Below the pieces are notes generated by a model, which saw only the letters and a list, made by a program, of their open reading frames with translations, ran no database searches and was not told the DNA's origin. A stretch of 62,612 nucleotides of DNA, the filler included, from Hausera hauseri (lineage: Eukaryota), in NCBI GenBank assembly GCA_046269625.1. It is 9 parts of 9 records of this genome, joined end to end, with 100 filler letters (N's around TTAATTAATTAA, not from the genome) between each part and the next. Parts side by side here need not be neighbours in the genome. Positions count along the whole stretch, not along the records: positions 20,397 to 31,883 come from JBJURY010096653.1; positions 31,984 to 48,891 come from JBJURY010233294.1; 7 more parts are not named here. One strand, given 5' to 3'. The position numbers and the translations under genes are program-made. Position 1 is the first letter of the stretch. Every line of letters starts with the position of its first letter. Below are positions 21,680-34,614 of this stretch, piece by piece.

Positions 21680-24600
21680 CGGGCGGAAAATTCGATTGCC
21701 AAGAAATTTGAGACCCGCCTCGACGAGGCTGAAGTCCCGGCCGCCCACTCTGCACCATTGGGTCAGACAGCACCTTTCGCTGCCGCCCCACAACACGCCC
21801 CGGACATACCATCTCTCCGTACTTCATTTTCCTTTTTTAAATAACAAACACATTTATACATATACAGTATTACACTTACACATCGCGGCTATTCACAACT
21901 TCACCTCTACCTTACTTCACTCCTCTGACTTTTATATCACACACAAAGAATCCGTAGTGCCTTTCACAGGACTCCTCCAACCTTCTACAACTTGTGTCCG
22001 CCTTCACATTCACTTCCGTATCCGTGGTGGCATGGATTCATCAACCACAACTGATACTACGGACAAACCCACCAAACCACAGATCTCTATCACTTACTTA
22101 TCCAAACAAAGTGCTTTAAACACTTTGACACAATACACACTCCCGACTCATTCACCCTTCACAGAATACTTCCTCGACAGCCAAAACTCTACTCAAACTT
22201 GGCTAAAACTGCATCAATTCTGGCTCCAATCACAAAACGTCGTCGACGCTTTATCCAAAGCCAACAGCCTATTTTTTAATTTACCAATTTCAATCAATAC
22301 TAAAATTACCAATATCATCGACATCCTTCGTCACATCGACCCATATACTTAACTGTATAATACCGTTCTCAAGCTTACAGAGCCGTCAATCGACCATATC
22401 ATTCAAAGATTCTTGAACGACAACGCCATGGGCCTTCAGAAGCCTTCTGAATTCTTGCGCACATCTTTGTATCATCTCAATACCCTTTGCGTAACATTTG
22501 AGCATAGTCCAGAACTTCTTCGTCGCTATTTTTTAAATGCATTGTCCCTTCAAATAAGAGCTTTGCATACTGTGGTCGAGGACTCCACGGCTCTGAAAAA
22601 GCTAGTCGAACTGGCGGACAAAGCATATGAAGTACTGCACTCACACACAGCACCAACTATCTCTGCGACAGTAACAACAGACCAACAATAACAGAATGCA
22701 ATGCTGCAGCAACAAATTGCGCAATTACGCACGGAAAATAAAATGTTATAAAAGACAATTAACAACATAAATGAGAAATTAAATGAGTTGACGCTGCCTG
22801 GTTGCGGTTTTTCTATGCTAATGTATTTAATCAACGTCAAAGACGCTCGCCTTCGCTCGCGCGGTCGTCTATTTGTTACTACCATAACAAATTTGGTAAT
22901 AATGCTCAGAAATGCTGCATCGGTTGTAAATTTTACACCACGATTTTAACACAAGTAACATCGTTTGCATCTATCACGCAAAATTTGGAACAAAAGCACA
23001 AAAATGCTTACCTGGTTGAAACTACAACACACACAATAAAGCCAACACTATTAAACTCACACAAAACAGTAGGCCAAACTCACCAGCTACCAAAAACTGA
23101 TTTCGCCGCTAGAACAAACGGCAAGTTCTAGCAAAAACAACAACCTGCAAAAAGATAGCCGACACATTTCCTTTGCTGTATTCATGTTGGAAGCAGCAGT
23201 TGTCACTCCAGAAAAGCAAAACATTAACTTTCTTATAGACACAGGCGCAGCAATCTCTTTACTACCATCAACACAACATATCAAAAACAACTTCACTTCA
23301 CAAAAGCAACTGTTCACTGCGTCGGGTGAACCTTTACAAACCTTTGGTGTTACCAAATTAACTTTTACTTTTCCAAATTTCCCAGACACATGCACTTGGA
23401 AATTTACAGTAGCCAATGTATGCACACCAATATTGGGTTCAGACTTACTGTCCCACTACAATTTACTTGTAGACTGCAAACGATGTTAATTAAAGAGCGG
23501 AAATAACTTTAATCAAATTCGCAGCATTTCGGTGACCATCCGTGTGATCGCTTCCAGCAAGTCGATACTGAAGCAAACGACTTTCGATTTAAATTATTTT
23601 TATAATCATTCATTATACAGAAATTTTTACTACTGTGACAAATACGATATTGCCAACTGCGTAGCACCTATTACTGATAGCACAGCTGCCAACACCATTT
23701 TCAACACGAACATCCCGCACCAAATGCCACCTTGTCATAGCACTTTGTCTACAACTCATACCTCAACTGCATCCAGTCATGATGCACAAACACCACCTGA
23801 TAACTTTTCATAGTTGCCTTCTGATCTACAGCAATACATTTCGTCTTCCTGCCTGCGTCTGTTGCAGAAGGACAAATCATTCGTACAACTTCAATCCACC
23901 TTCCATCACATAGTAACAGCACATCAAAGACCAACACGTCAAAAGGTCCGTCCGCTATCACCTCGCAGCAGAAAAGCAGTGGCGGCTGAGTTTCTCGAAC
24001 TTGAAAAATCAGGAATAATCAGAAGATACATATTCCCGTGGTCTTCATCACTGCATGTGGTTTAAAAAAAGATTGTACCTTTCGCCCATTCGGTGATTAC
24101 CGTCAACTCAATATCATAACTACAATTGATGCCTACCGTCTACCATTAATCAACGACATCCTTCACAGGCTCAATGTTTCGACCATTTTTCCTGCATTGA
24201 TTAACACAAAGCATACAACCAAATTCCGGTGGCTCCAGAAGACATTCCAAAAATGGCTGTCATTACACCTTTCGACCTTTTTGAATACCCCTTCATGCCT
24301 TTGGACTCCGTAGCGCTTCCCAGACCTTCCAAAGGAATATTGATACAGTCTTGTCAGGCTTAGACTTTGACTATCCCTATATCGATGATATCTTAATTGC
24401 ATCATTCTCCTTGAAACAACACTCCGAACACTTACGTATAATCATCCAGCGCTTGCACCAAAACAATTTGCAAATTAATTTCGTCAAATTCTCTTTTTTT
24501 ACAACATAAGCTCAACTTCCTAGGACATGTTATTAGCTCCTCCGGACATTCACTTCAGCCAAAACGCATTACACAGCTCAAAAACATACAGCTACCACGT

Positions 24601-25085
24601 GCATCAACAGAGATGCGTTTTTTCCTCGGAACCTTGCACTTTATTCACAAGTATGTTTCACACTTCTCCACTCTAACCACTCCATTCGCATTAATAAGCC
24701 CTGACAAGAAACATGGCCTATTCAGTGGACCGCCAAACTAGTCAACGCATTCGATTACCTCAAAGACAATTTAAAATCCGTAGAAATCTTGGCATATCCA
24801 GATTTCCATGTTGAACTCTTCTTAACCTAAGACGCATCCACAACAGCGGCGGGTGCTGTCCTCCATCAAGTTAAAAATGGATCCCATGAGCCATTAGAAT
24901 TTTTCTCTCGTAAATTCACTGCACAAGACCAAAGATATTCCACCTTTGACCGAAAGTTCTTGCAATGGTCCGTGCTGTAAAACACGTTAAACATCTACTA
25001 AATGCACGAACTTTACAAAACAAACGGACCACAAGCCCTTGCTTCAAATTCTCACCATGAAATCGCCTTCTCCACGTCAGAAGCA
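21680..25085 (+). mobile_element. Degenerate Ty3/gypsy (CsRn1-like) retrotransposon, copy B, truncated in RNase H
   Basis: 5' region homologous to 340-500; gag, ICYYH..FG..A.KC..GC, FLIDTGAAISLLP, YIDD, DAS, YSTFDR. Confidence 0.92.
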
Positions 25086-28000
25086 GAAACAGAAGGAAAT
25101 GCAGGAGTGAGGAAATATGTCGAAGTTTCGGTTGGAGAGGTGTTGTCTACAAGAAAGGCAGGTTTTACGTTATTTATGTGGACTGCTAGTTTCTTGCCGT
25201 CTTTAAGAATGACAGCGTTGTGAGAATGTAGTTGAATAACTTATATGGCCCTAGATAATGCGGTTTAAAACCATGCGGCGTTTGATGCCATAGCCAAACA
25301 AACTTTGCTAAATATAAATTGTCAGGTAAATACATTTTATTGTTGTGTAGTATTATACAGAACGAGTCCTTACTGACTGCGACGAAATGGACCTGTGCTG
25401 CTATGATTGTTTCGTCTGTAGGCGTATTATCTAGTGCGGTTAGTTCAAACAAAAAACGAACAGGCGCCCCAAATAAGGTTTCGGTAGGTGAGCATCCTGT
25501 GGAAGTGGATGGAGTGTTCCGCCAGCCAAGCAGAACCAAAGGAAGAAGAGCTGTCCAACTACTGTTGGATTAAGCGAGAATTTTTAGTAACGTTTACAGG
25601 TTTCTGTGGAATCTCTCAATTAGACCATTCGATTAGGGATGATAAGGCGTAGTTTGTATATAATTGATCCTCAATCGGCTAACGAGTGATTTGAACAGGT
25701 TGGATTCGAATTGGGGCCTTGGTCCAAAATGATAAATCTAGGAGATCCAAACCTGCTGATCCAAGTGCGCATGAAAACTTCGACTTTCGCATCAGTGTTT
25801 GCGCTTCGCAGTGGGACGGCTTCTTACCATCTAGAAGAACGGTCCACCATGGTCAGTATGAATTGATGGCCATTGTTTGGAGGGAGAGGGCCAACAAGAT
25901 CTACATGAACAGTCTCGAAACGTGATGTGCAAGGGAAATGATATAGTGGTGACTTCAAATGCTTGGTGGTTTTAAATTTCTGGCAAGTCACGCACTCCTT
26001 AATCCACGCTTGCACATCGGAATGCATTGACGCCCAAACTACCTGTCAGTGAAGTAAGCGAAAAGTGACCTTAGCACGCGGATGGTGTAGAGAAAGCACA
26101 CTGTTGAAAGCCTGTTTTTGCAAAGCAGGTGCTAAAATTATTTTAGACTGTCCTGGTTTGGACGTGTCTAAAGCCACACCGTCAACGATGTTCCACGATT
26201 TAAAAGACTTAAGAATGCCTTGAGGTGGCTGGTTGTCCTGAAGTTGATTTTGAGTGAAAATGGGTTTAATATTAATTGAACTAACTGATCTAGATAGAAA
26301 GTCCGCTACTAAGTTGTTAACGCCATTAATATGTTTAATTTTAAAATTAAACGTCGACAAGTATAATATCTGTCGTTCTTGCTGAGTAGACGGTTGTTCC
26401 ATCGTCATTATATTATGAGGGGTTTATGATTGGTTTGTATATTAAAACAACGGGAATTTAGCAAATGCGAAAAGTGTTTTCAAGCAAGAAATATTGCCAG
26501 TAGTTCTCGGTCGAAAGTGAAGTACCTGGTTTCAGGGGGTGCTAGTTTGCGTGAAAAGAACTCCAGTGGTTGATTTCCTCCTTTATGAATCTGGTGCAGT
26601 ACAGCACCTACGGTGGTAGCAGAGGTGTCTGTAGTAAGAATAAGCTCAGCGTCTGGCTGAGGGTATACTAATATTTCGACTGTTTTTAGGCCTTCTTCTA
26701 ACTTATCAAACATCTAGGAGTTCCGGCGTCCAATGTATTGGCTGATGCTTTTTTCCGCCACTTAAGTGTGCAAAGGGAGCGGTTAGCTCTGAGCAATATG
26801 GGACATACTTGTGGACAATATGTAATGTGCCAAGGAAACTCCTCATTTCGATGGTTTTTTGCGGTAACTAAACGTTTTTGAGGGCCTCGACTCGGTCGGG
26901 CTGAGGAGAATGCCCTTCAGAAGAAATAACGTATCCGAGGAAATTTATGCGTCGTTGAAAGAAATGACATTTTGTAAAGTTTATCTGGAGATTGTGTTGG
27001 TGTAAACGGCAAAAGACAGATCGTAAATGTTTCTCATGCTGTTTACTGGATGAAGATGCAACTAGAATGTCATCAATGTAAGGATGAGCATAAGGAAGAT
27101 CAGAAAGTATTGCATCTATGTGACGTTCGAAGGTTTGTGCTGCATTTCTTAGACCAAAAGGCATATATAAATATTCGTAAATGCCAAAGGGTGTAGTAAA
27201 GGCGGTTTTTTGATATCCGAAGGTGCCACCGGGATTTGGTGATACGCTTTGTTCAGATCAATAGTAGAATAGATTGTGGTGGCGTTGAGACGACGTAATG
27301 TCTTTTATCAATGGTAAAGGGTACGCGTCCATTTGTGGTTAAAGAGTTTAGTTGTCTATAGTCACCGCACGGTCAAAACGATCCATCTTTTTTTGAACAA
27401 CATGTAAAGGCGAAAACCATGGTGACATGGATCGGCATACTATGCCTGAGTGTCCAAGATTTAGGAATTCGGTTTCAACGGCCTGTCTTCGGCGCGGAGA
27501 TAGTGGACGTACCTGTTGCTTATAGGTCCTTGGTGTTGTGTTACGATATAATGGAAAGTACAGTTTTCTGGTATAAATGACATCTTTCTGAATTACGCGA
27601 GTACATGACGTATTAACGTAATGTTGCAGACTTACGTAATTGTGAAAAATCGGTTGAAGGCGAGACAGTTTTACCATTAACAGGTAAAATATTGGACTCA
27701 TTTTGTGAATTAAGATCGACAGGTATTTGATGCAGTATGGTCGTGTTGAATATTGTATTTGAGGCAGTAATTTTATCAAGTGTTTTTACGGTGGTGACAA
27801 AATCATAGTTGTCAACATCCAAATTCAATTCAGTATAAATGTCATATTTTAATATTTTATGGAATAAGTTGTGATTATTTAAAAAATCTGTTTATTTGAA
27901 GATTTTTTAATATGGGCTTACGTGTTACCTTCATTTGCACCACAGCGAATACGCCATTTGTTTGGCCAATCTGATTCTTTTGGCCATATTTTAAACAACT

Positions 28001-29800
28001 TTGTTTGCAGTTCACCAGAAGATTGTAATGAGCTAGAAAATCGGACCCTAGAATAGCTGTCTGGACATTTGCAACGGTAAATGTCTAAATAAACTTTGAA
28101 GTAAAGTTTGGCAAAGTGAAAGAGAGTCTAGAGGTGCCGGAAACGTGTAACGACTGCCCAGAAGCTGTAAAAATGGATTTTGTTTTAGATGGTACATTTT
28201 CAACTGGAAAGGTGAGCGTTAATAGCAATATTGCTGCACCTGTGTCGATATGAAAGTTTGTGTATTAAGATGGTGGTGTTATGGTAGAAGCTCCCAACGT
28301 GAATACCGCGAAAGAAATTTTTCGGTTATTTAAATGCGAAGAATGGCCGTCACCAGTGCTCTCCGCAAACTCTGGTGGCGGAGTTAGTTTTTTGAAAGAG
28401 GGGAACCTGGACGGCTGTTAGAGTGAATCTAGCATGTCCTTCGTTTAAATGCTGTGTGTTGCTCTTAAAAATGCAACCTGGGATATATTTGTGTGCATTA
28501 TGTCTAAATTTCGCATAGTATATGCAAACGATGTCGTTAGTATGCTACTTCTGGATGTAAAATTTAAATCCAAGATGGCATTATTTTGTTTTCTTATCGA
28601 ATCTACCGTGAAAATAGCAAATCAGTGATCTTCCAGGCGAAGGTGTTCGACCCCTAGGTACAGAATGAGTACGGTTAGAAACAAAACCTCCCCGTGGAGT
28701 CAAGGAAATCTCGTTCAGTTTATTGTTAATATTACTTATCGTTGTTTGTAAAATCGTACTGTCGGATCGTAGTTGAACTAACTGCTGTTCTAATGTGTTG
28801 TTGTTGGTAACAGCTGCGGTAATGACTGGATGAGTGTGTACATGTAAAACCTCGTATGTTTTGTCTGCCAGTTCAGCCAATTTGTCAAGAGTCGTCGAAT
28901 CTTCGACGACGATAAGCAAGGCCCTAATTTGTATGGGCAATGCGTTCAAGAAGTAACGCCGCAAAAGATCGTCATTATGTTGTTTAGTTACGCCAAGTGT
29001 TTATAATTGAGCGAGTGAAGTTCTAAGGAATTCTGACGGTTTTTGAGTTCAGATAGCATTATCGTTAAAAAGCGATGAATTATAGAGTCCATGGATGGTT
29101 CGGTAAGCTATAGAACGGCGATGTAAAGATGGTTGTATGGGTCGGGTTGCTGGAAGATGTTTAATAAGTCATGAATGGACGTTTTTACTGTAGTCGGTAA
29201 AAGACAAAGTAGGTTATGAGCTTTGGTTAGCGGATCGGTGATGTCGTTGGACTGTAGCCAGAGCTGGTGGAAGTTAAGCCATATCTTGCTAGAATTTTCG
29301 TGGTCTATAAAATATTCGGTACAATGTGAGGGTATAGTAGGAGTGGTTTTAGGCGAAAAGATAGGATCAGCTGAAGAAGTTTTGTTGATTCATTTTGGGT
29401 AATAGACAACGGATTTAGGTTTTGTAATAGCCATATCTGTTGCATCGTTGGTTGATGAAGGTAGCATGCCACCACGGATTCCGGAGTTAATGTCAAAGCG
29501 GAGGAAGAATGGAGGAAATGTGATGTCTCGAAAGCTCGTGAAAGTGAATCCATTGTGAGTCAGGTGAAAATCGGATATGAGTTGTTGTGCAGATGTGGTC
29601 GTACAAGTTGGTAAGGTGTATATGTTTTGTTAAGTATAGTGTATGCACCAATGTATTATTTAAAAAACAGAAAATGGGAAATAGTGGTAGGAGGTAGCCG
29701 TGTGGACAGTGCGGTACCCCAGTACACCACAACCCGCAACCCACGGTCGCCGGGCGAGTCACCCGGGCCGTAGTCCTGCCACGACAGCGCCAACTCACCG
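25085..29800 (-). mobile_element. Degenerate Ty3/gypsy (CsRn1-like) retrotransposon, copy C (gag to integrase)
   Basis: Gag LDKLAELADK, MPFGLRNAAQTF, YIDD, FDRELLA, HHP..CVTC, HVDLVGPLP, YLGPY. Confidence 0.93.
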
Positions 29801-30381
29801 GAACAAAGCAGCCCCGTCAGATAACCGAACCGCAGAGATGAAATTAATTTCCGTAGTGGGATCGACGCACTGAAGTGCAGAATCTTCATCGGCATTCGTT
29901 ATAAAATGGTTCGAAAAAAACCCAGTGATGTGTTGAGAAATGTCCTGAAAAGTAAAGTCTTTCCCTTCGATGATCAATTTTTGTTGTTAAGGATTAAGAA
30001 AGGACGTCTTTCGTTCAGAGTACTTATGGAGTAGAGAAGTCGGTCTATTGACCTGACTTATCAAATTATATATGTAAATAATTGGGACCAAAGGACAAAG
30101 TACCTCCATGTACGGAACACTCTCGATTGAAAGAAAATGTAAAACAATAATAACAATTAATCTAGACACTTCGTTTGGCCACATATTAGGCTTTAAAGAT
30201 AATAATGTGTGTGCTATAGACCAAGAGAAGAGCTTGAACATAAAAAAGGGAATATCCGGAATTTTATTTGACAGAATTTTGTTGCAAAAACATGTACTTC
30301 GTGGATATAAGTTGTGTTAATCGCCAAAGAAATATTTGCATATACTGTTTGGCAGCAGTCTTCAGATGGATTGTAGTCCTT

Positions 30382-30969
30382 TCAAAGTGAACGAAGAACA
30401 GAAGTTATTTGATCTGAAGTTTTGTACAAATTTCCAGCAGCTATAAGTAATTTAAGTTCTTCTTCTGTTATTCGTCCGGTTTTGTTTTGTACGTTGATCG
30501 TATAAACTCGAGAAAAACTGAGTTTGTGATTTTTTAACATTAACGTCGTCTTCGATTTGGATGCATTAACCATCCAAATAATTCCACTGAGGGTATGTTT
30601 CAATATTTTGAATGAGATTTCAATTTCCTCCGATGCTCCTGGAAGTAGTTTATTCGAACTAATCGTAGGTATCGAATATGCTAAGCAATTTGAACCGTTA
30701 AACAAAACCGAATCAACTACTTCAATACTCTCTTTTGGTGATTCTGATTTTATTATTTGGGACATTTTTGATATCGAACGAGTTCTTTCGTCGTTCTCTT
30801 TGATTTTTTTTGTTACTACTGACTCGTCGATAACTTTGCTACAATACAGGACAGACAATCTGTTCCTATACACTTCGAATTCATCAATAAATCCCGTGAA
30901 GGTCCTTGAGAAAATTAAGGCTTTAGGAAGCAGTTTCGAAGGTCGTTTGTTTGAAACATATCGACACAA
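30382..30969 (-). CDS. Host gene fragment, possibly laminin G-like
   Basis: 195-codon ORF; VLFNGSNCLAY...EIEISFK...GIIW...LMLKN pattern weakly resembles LamG strands. Confidence 0.3.
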   Translation of the reverse strand: MCRYVSNKRPSKLLPKALIFSRTFTGFIDEFEVYRNRLSVLYCSKVIDESVVTKKIKENDERTRSISKMSQIIKSESPKESIEVVDSVLFNGSNCLAYSIPTISSNKLLPGASEEIEISFKILKHTLSGIIWMVNASKSKTTLMLKNHKLSFSRVYTINVQNKTGRITEEELKLLIAAGNLYKTSDQITSVLRSL

Positions 30970-31128
30970 AATATTAACCAGATTAAAAAGCCTTGGTCAT
31001 CATCCCAAGGCAATTCAACGAACGTCCATTTCTCCGTTATTCAAAAACTTATAAAACCACTCGAAAACATGATTAGGTTTTTGGAGGTTTTCTCGGAAAT
31101 TTCTAAAAGTGTATTTCAAAATAGCTAG

Positions 31129-31883
31129 TCAAATGATATGAAAAATGAAAATGTTTGACTTTAGGTCGGTAAATCGTATCCAAAATCTAATGGAAAAGCG
31201 GTTCTTACAGCCAGTAACATTCTCATTGATACATGCCGGAAGTGCCAACAAAAACAGGGCGTTGTTGAAAGAAACAAATAGACCAACAACACCTACGGTT
31301 TTGAAAACATTCGTATTTTCGGTAGATCCGAAATTATGTTTCAACTGATAATGAACTTCGCCCATATGTTTCATCTCATAAGCTAAATTTGTTCGATTTG
31401 CAACAACGGATTCAAGATCATCTACGATAACAGATTGGACAACCGGCTTAGGATAATGTAACCCAACGACCAGTTGCGTGTTCCTATTACCAGAATTCGT
31501 GAACTCCGCTGTAACAGTCATTACATGGCCCATCAAAACACCATTCATGTACACTTTCAAACCATCATCGAAACGCCACAAAACATCCAAAACTTGCCAC
31601 TGTAGAACTTTAAGTACCGTCTTCCNNNNNNNNNNATAACCAATATTTGTTGCGAATTTTCAGCTGAATCATGAGATATTGAAAATTACTTGCGATCATG
31701 AGGAGATGATTGGATAAATATATCTGCTGTGGTGTTGCTAAATTGTCTGGCCGGAAGCGAAGACGAACGAGTAGTTTACGACGACTGTTTTCAACATTAA
31801 TAAAACAATCGGTGAGACCAGTCATGTTTACTACTACGATACGAGGACCAAAATTTCCTAGACTGAATCCCTCGCCAAAATTT
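31129..31883 (-). CDS. Host gene fragment with LamG/concanavalin-like repeats
   Basis: WRFDDGLKVYMNG and C....C...FSIRFWIRF motifs; interrupted by N gap and possible frameshift or intron. Confidence 0.45.
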
Positions 31884-31983
31884 NNNNNNNNNNNNNNNNN
31901 NNNNNNNNNNNNNNNNNNNNNNNNNNNTTAATTAATTAANNNNNNNNNNNNNNNNNNNNNNNNNNNNNNNNNNNNNNNNNNNN

Positions 31984-33524
31984 ACTGACCTGGATTACTC
32001 CGGTCTGAACTCAGATCACGTAGGACTTTAATCGTTGAACAAACGAACCCTTAATAGCGGTTGCGCCATTAGGATGTCCTGATCCAACATCGAGGTCGTA
32101 AACCCCCTTGTCGATGTGGGCTCTAGAAGGGGATTGCGCTGTTATCCCTAGGGTAACTTGATTCGTTGATCGGCTCAAAGATAGGCCGGATCATTTAAAA
32201 ACAGACATTCTGGAATTTAGAGTTGTGTCTCTTTAATTCATACAAGTATTGGTACTTTTTTCGTGGAGGTTTTGTTTTTCTCCATGGTCGCCCCAACCGA
32301 AGAAATGTGAGAGCAGGGTCCTTAATTTTTTTAAAATTTGTCTGGGCTACTTCAGATTCTGAAGCTCCATAGGGTCTTTTCGTCTTATGTGTTTATCCCC
32401 GCTTCTGCACGGGGAGATCAATTTCATTGACTAGAAGAGTGAGACAGTCAAGCTCTCGTTACGCCATTCATACAGGTCTCCATTTAAGAGACAAATGATT
32501 ACGCTACCTTCACACGGTCAAGATACCGCGGCCGTTGAACATTGTGTCACAGGGCAGGCAGGACCTCTTATACTTTTTTAGCAAGAGGCGGTGTTTTTGG
32601 TAAACAGGCGAAGCTTAAGTAATTGATAAATTTGCCGAGTTCCTTACTCTTTTTTTGGTCTTTCTTTTATGTAATTACCAGTGTAGGGTTAACGGTTAGT
32701 GGTGTAGGTTTTTCTTGTCAATTAAATTTTCTACAGGTTCTTCAAATAGGGCCGTTAATTGTCGGTGAAGTATTCGTTCCGACTTACAGATAATTAAAGA
32801 GAAATTTAGGTTTCATATTACTCATATTAGTATTGTTACTTCTTTAGAAATAGAACAGCCTGATAAGTATAGGAGATTTGATTAGGTTTATTGGGATTTA
32901 TGGGAAACAGGGTCTTTGAGCTTTGACGCTTTCTATTAAATGGTGGCTGCTTTCAAGCCCACTTGGGACGTGCCCTTAATAAGTCTTGTCTTCCTATAAA
33001 AGTTGTTTTTATTTCAGAGGAGCTGTACCTTCTCTGACTAACTCTTTTTTATTCTTGCTTTCTTACATTTAAAACATTATTTTTGAGGTAAGAATAAAAA
33101 AGGCTGAACTTGTATTCATTTCTCAGGCAACCAGCTATTACTAGGTTCGATAGGTTTATCACCACTACTCTAAAGTCTTCCCACTCTTTTGCCACAGAGA
33201 TGGGTGTGCCCTATAAGGCTAGGCTGCTTTGGAGTAGCTCACTCTAGTTTCGGGATAATAAACTATAATGCTTTTTGCTTACATGGACTTACTAAAACAT
33301 GATGCAAAAGGTACGAGGTGTTAGCTCTGCTTTTTTAAACTTTACTGATTTATTTCATTTCTCTTTCAGCGTTCCCTTGCGGTACTTTGTCTGTAGCTAT
33401 GTGTGTTTTCCTTTTCTGTCGCCCGTACTGAGGGTAAAAGAATGTTTTAGTTTATATGGGTTAGAATATTTTGGGTTATTAATAATGTTTGTTGTTTGTA
33501 GTTTTTTAAGCTAGCTGTTTGGTG
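31984..33524 (-). rRNA. rrnL: Mitochondrial 16S rRNA (3' end missing)
   Basis: Universal 16S motifs, e.g. CCGGTCTGAACTCAGATCACGT near 32000 on +. Confidence 0.97.
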
Positions 33525-33594
33525 TCAGAATAGCCTGATTTACACGGGCAACTTTTCGGTGTAAGGGAAGTGCTATGTGTTTAGCTATATTCTG
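33525..33594 (-). tRNA. trnV: mt tRNA-Val(TAC)
   Basis: Position between the rRNAs; anticodon TAC. Confidence 0.9.
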
Positions 33595-34546
33595 ATTCGT
33601 CCAAGTGCACTTTCCAGTACACTTACCATGTTACGACTTGTCTCTCCTCTGTTCTTTTAAAGGTTTAGTTAAAATATAGTGTGAAAATTAGGAGAGGGGG
33701 ACGGGCGGTGTGTGCGCGCTTAAGAGCCGGCTTCAGAAAAACTCTCTGTTCTTTACTTACTGCTAAATCCTGCTTCAATATGTTTGTTTCAAAACATTGT
33801 TCGTAGTCCCTAGTGTAGGAAATGTAGCCCATCTCTTCGCTTCTTATAAGCTACACCTCGACCTGACGTCTGGGGCTTGACCGATCTTGCTCACTATGAG
33901 TCCTTCAAAGGGTAAGCTGACGACGGCGGTATATAGGCTGGAGGCAAAAGAAGGTAAGGTTTAACGGGGGTTATCGGTTATAGGACAGGCTCCTCTAGGT
34001 GGATCTAAAGCGCCGCCAAGTCCTTTGAGTTTCGAGCTTATGCTTGTAATTTTCAGGCGGACAGGTGGGTGTATGTGGTCTGTCTGGATTTAGGGCTATG
34101 CATAGTGGGGTATCTAATCCCAGTTTGTTTCATAGCTTTCGTGGGTTCGGATGTATTAAAGTCACTTTCGTAGTTGTGCTTCATGCTCTCAGAAGCGTAT
34201 GACAGCCTAGGGAGCGTTCGACTTTATGTATTTAAATGAACTTAACCACGCTTTACGCCGCAGGTTATTAACTTGAGCCTCTCGTATGACCGCGGTGGCT
34301 GGCACGGGATTTACCGGCTCACTATAACTTTAACTAAGTCAAGTTTTCACTTATTGCTTAATGTCTATCACTGCTGGATTCCCTTGGGGGTGTGGCTTAA
34401 CAAGGCGTCATGGGCTAAAGTATGTGCCTGATGCCAGCTCCTTAGTTACAGTTAATGGTAAGTAAGGGCATTCTCACGGGAGGGCGGATACTTGCATGTG
34501 TAAATATAGTTACAGTTAATATTAAAGTCAGGACCAAACTTTTATG
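33595..34546 (-). rRNA. rrnS: Mitochondrial 12S rRNA
   Basis: Conserved motifs AAACTGGGATTAGATACCCCACTAT, GTGCCAGCCACCGCGGT, AAGTCGTAACATGGTAAG. Confidence 0.97.
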
Positions 34547-34614
34547 TGCTTGTGAAACTTTCTAGGGTTTATCTTAACAACTTCAGTGTCATGCTTTAAT
34601 TAAGCTACACTAGC
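34547..34614 (-). tRNA. trnF: mt tRNA-Phe(GAA)
   Basis: Position; anticodon GAA. Confidence 0.9.

Noticed and set aside
30557-31054. 165-aa plus-strand ORF overlapping a 195-aa minus-strand ORF as a bidirectional gene
   Set aside because: No recognisable motif; most likely the antisense shadow of the minus-strand frame
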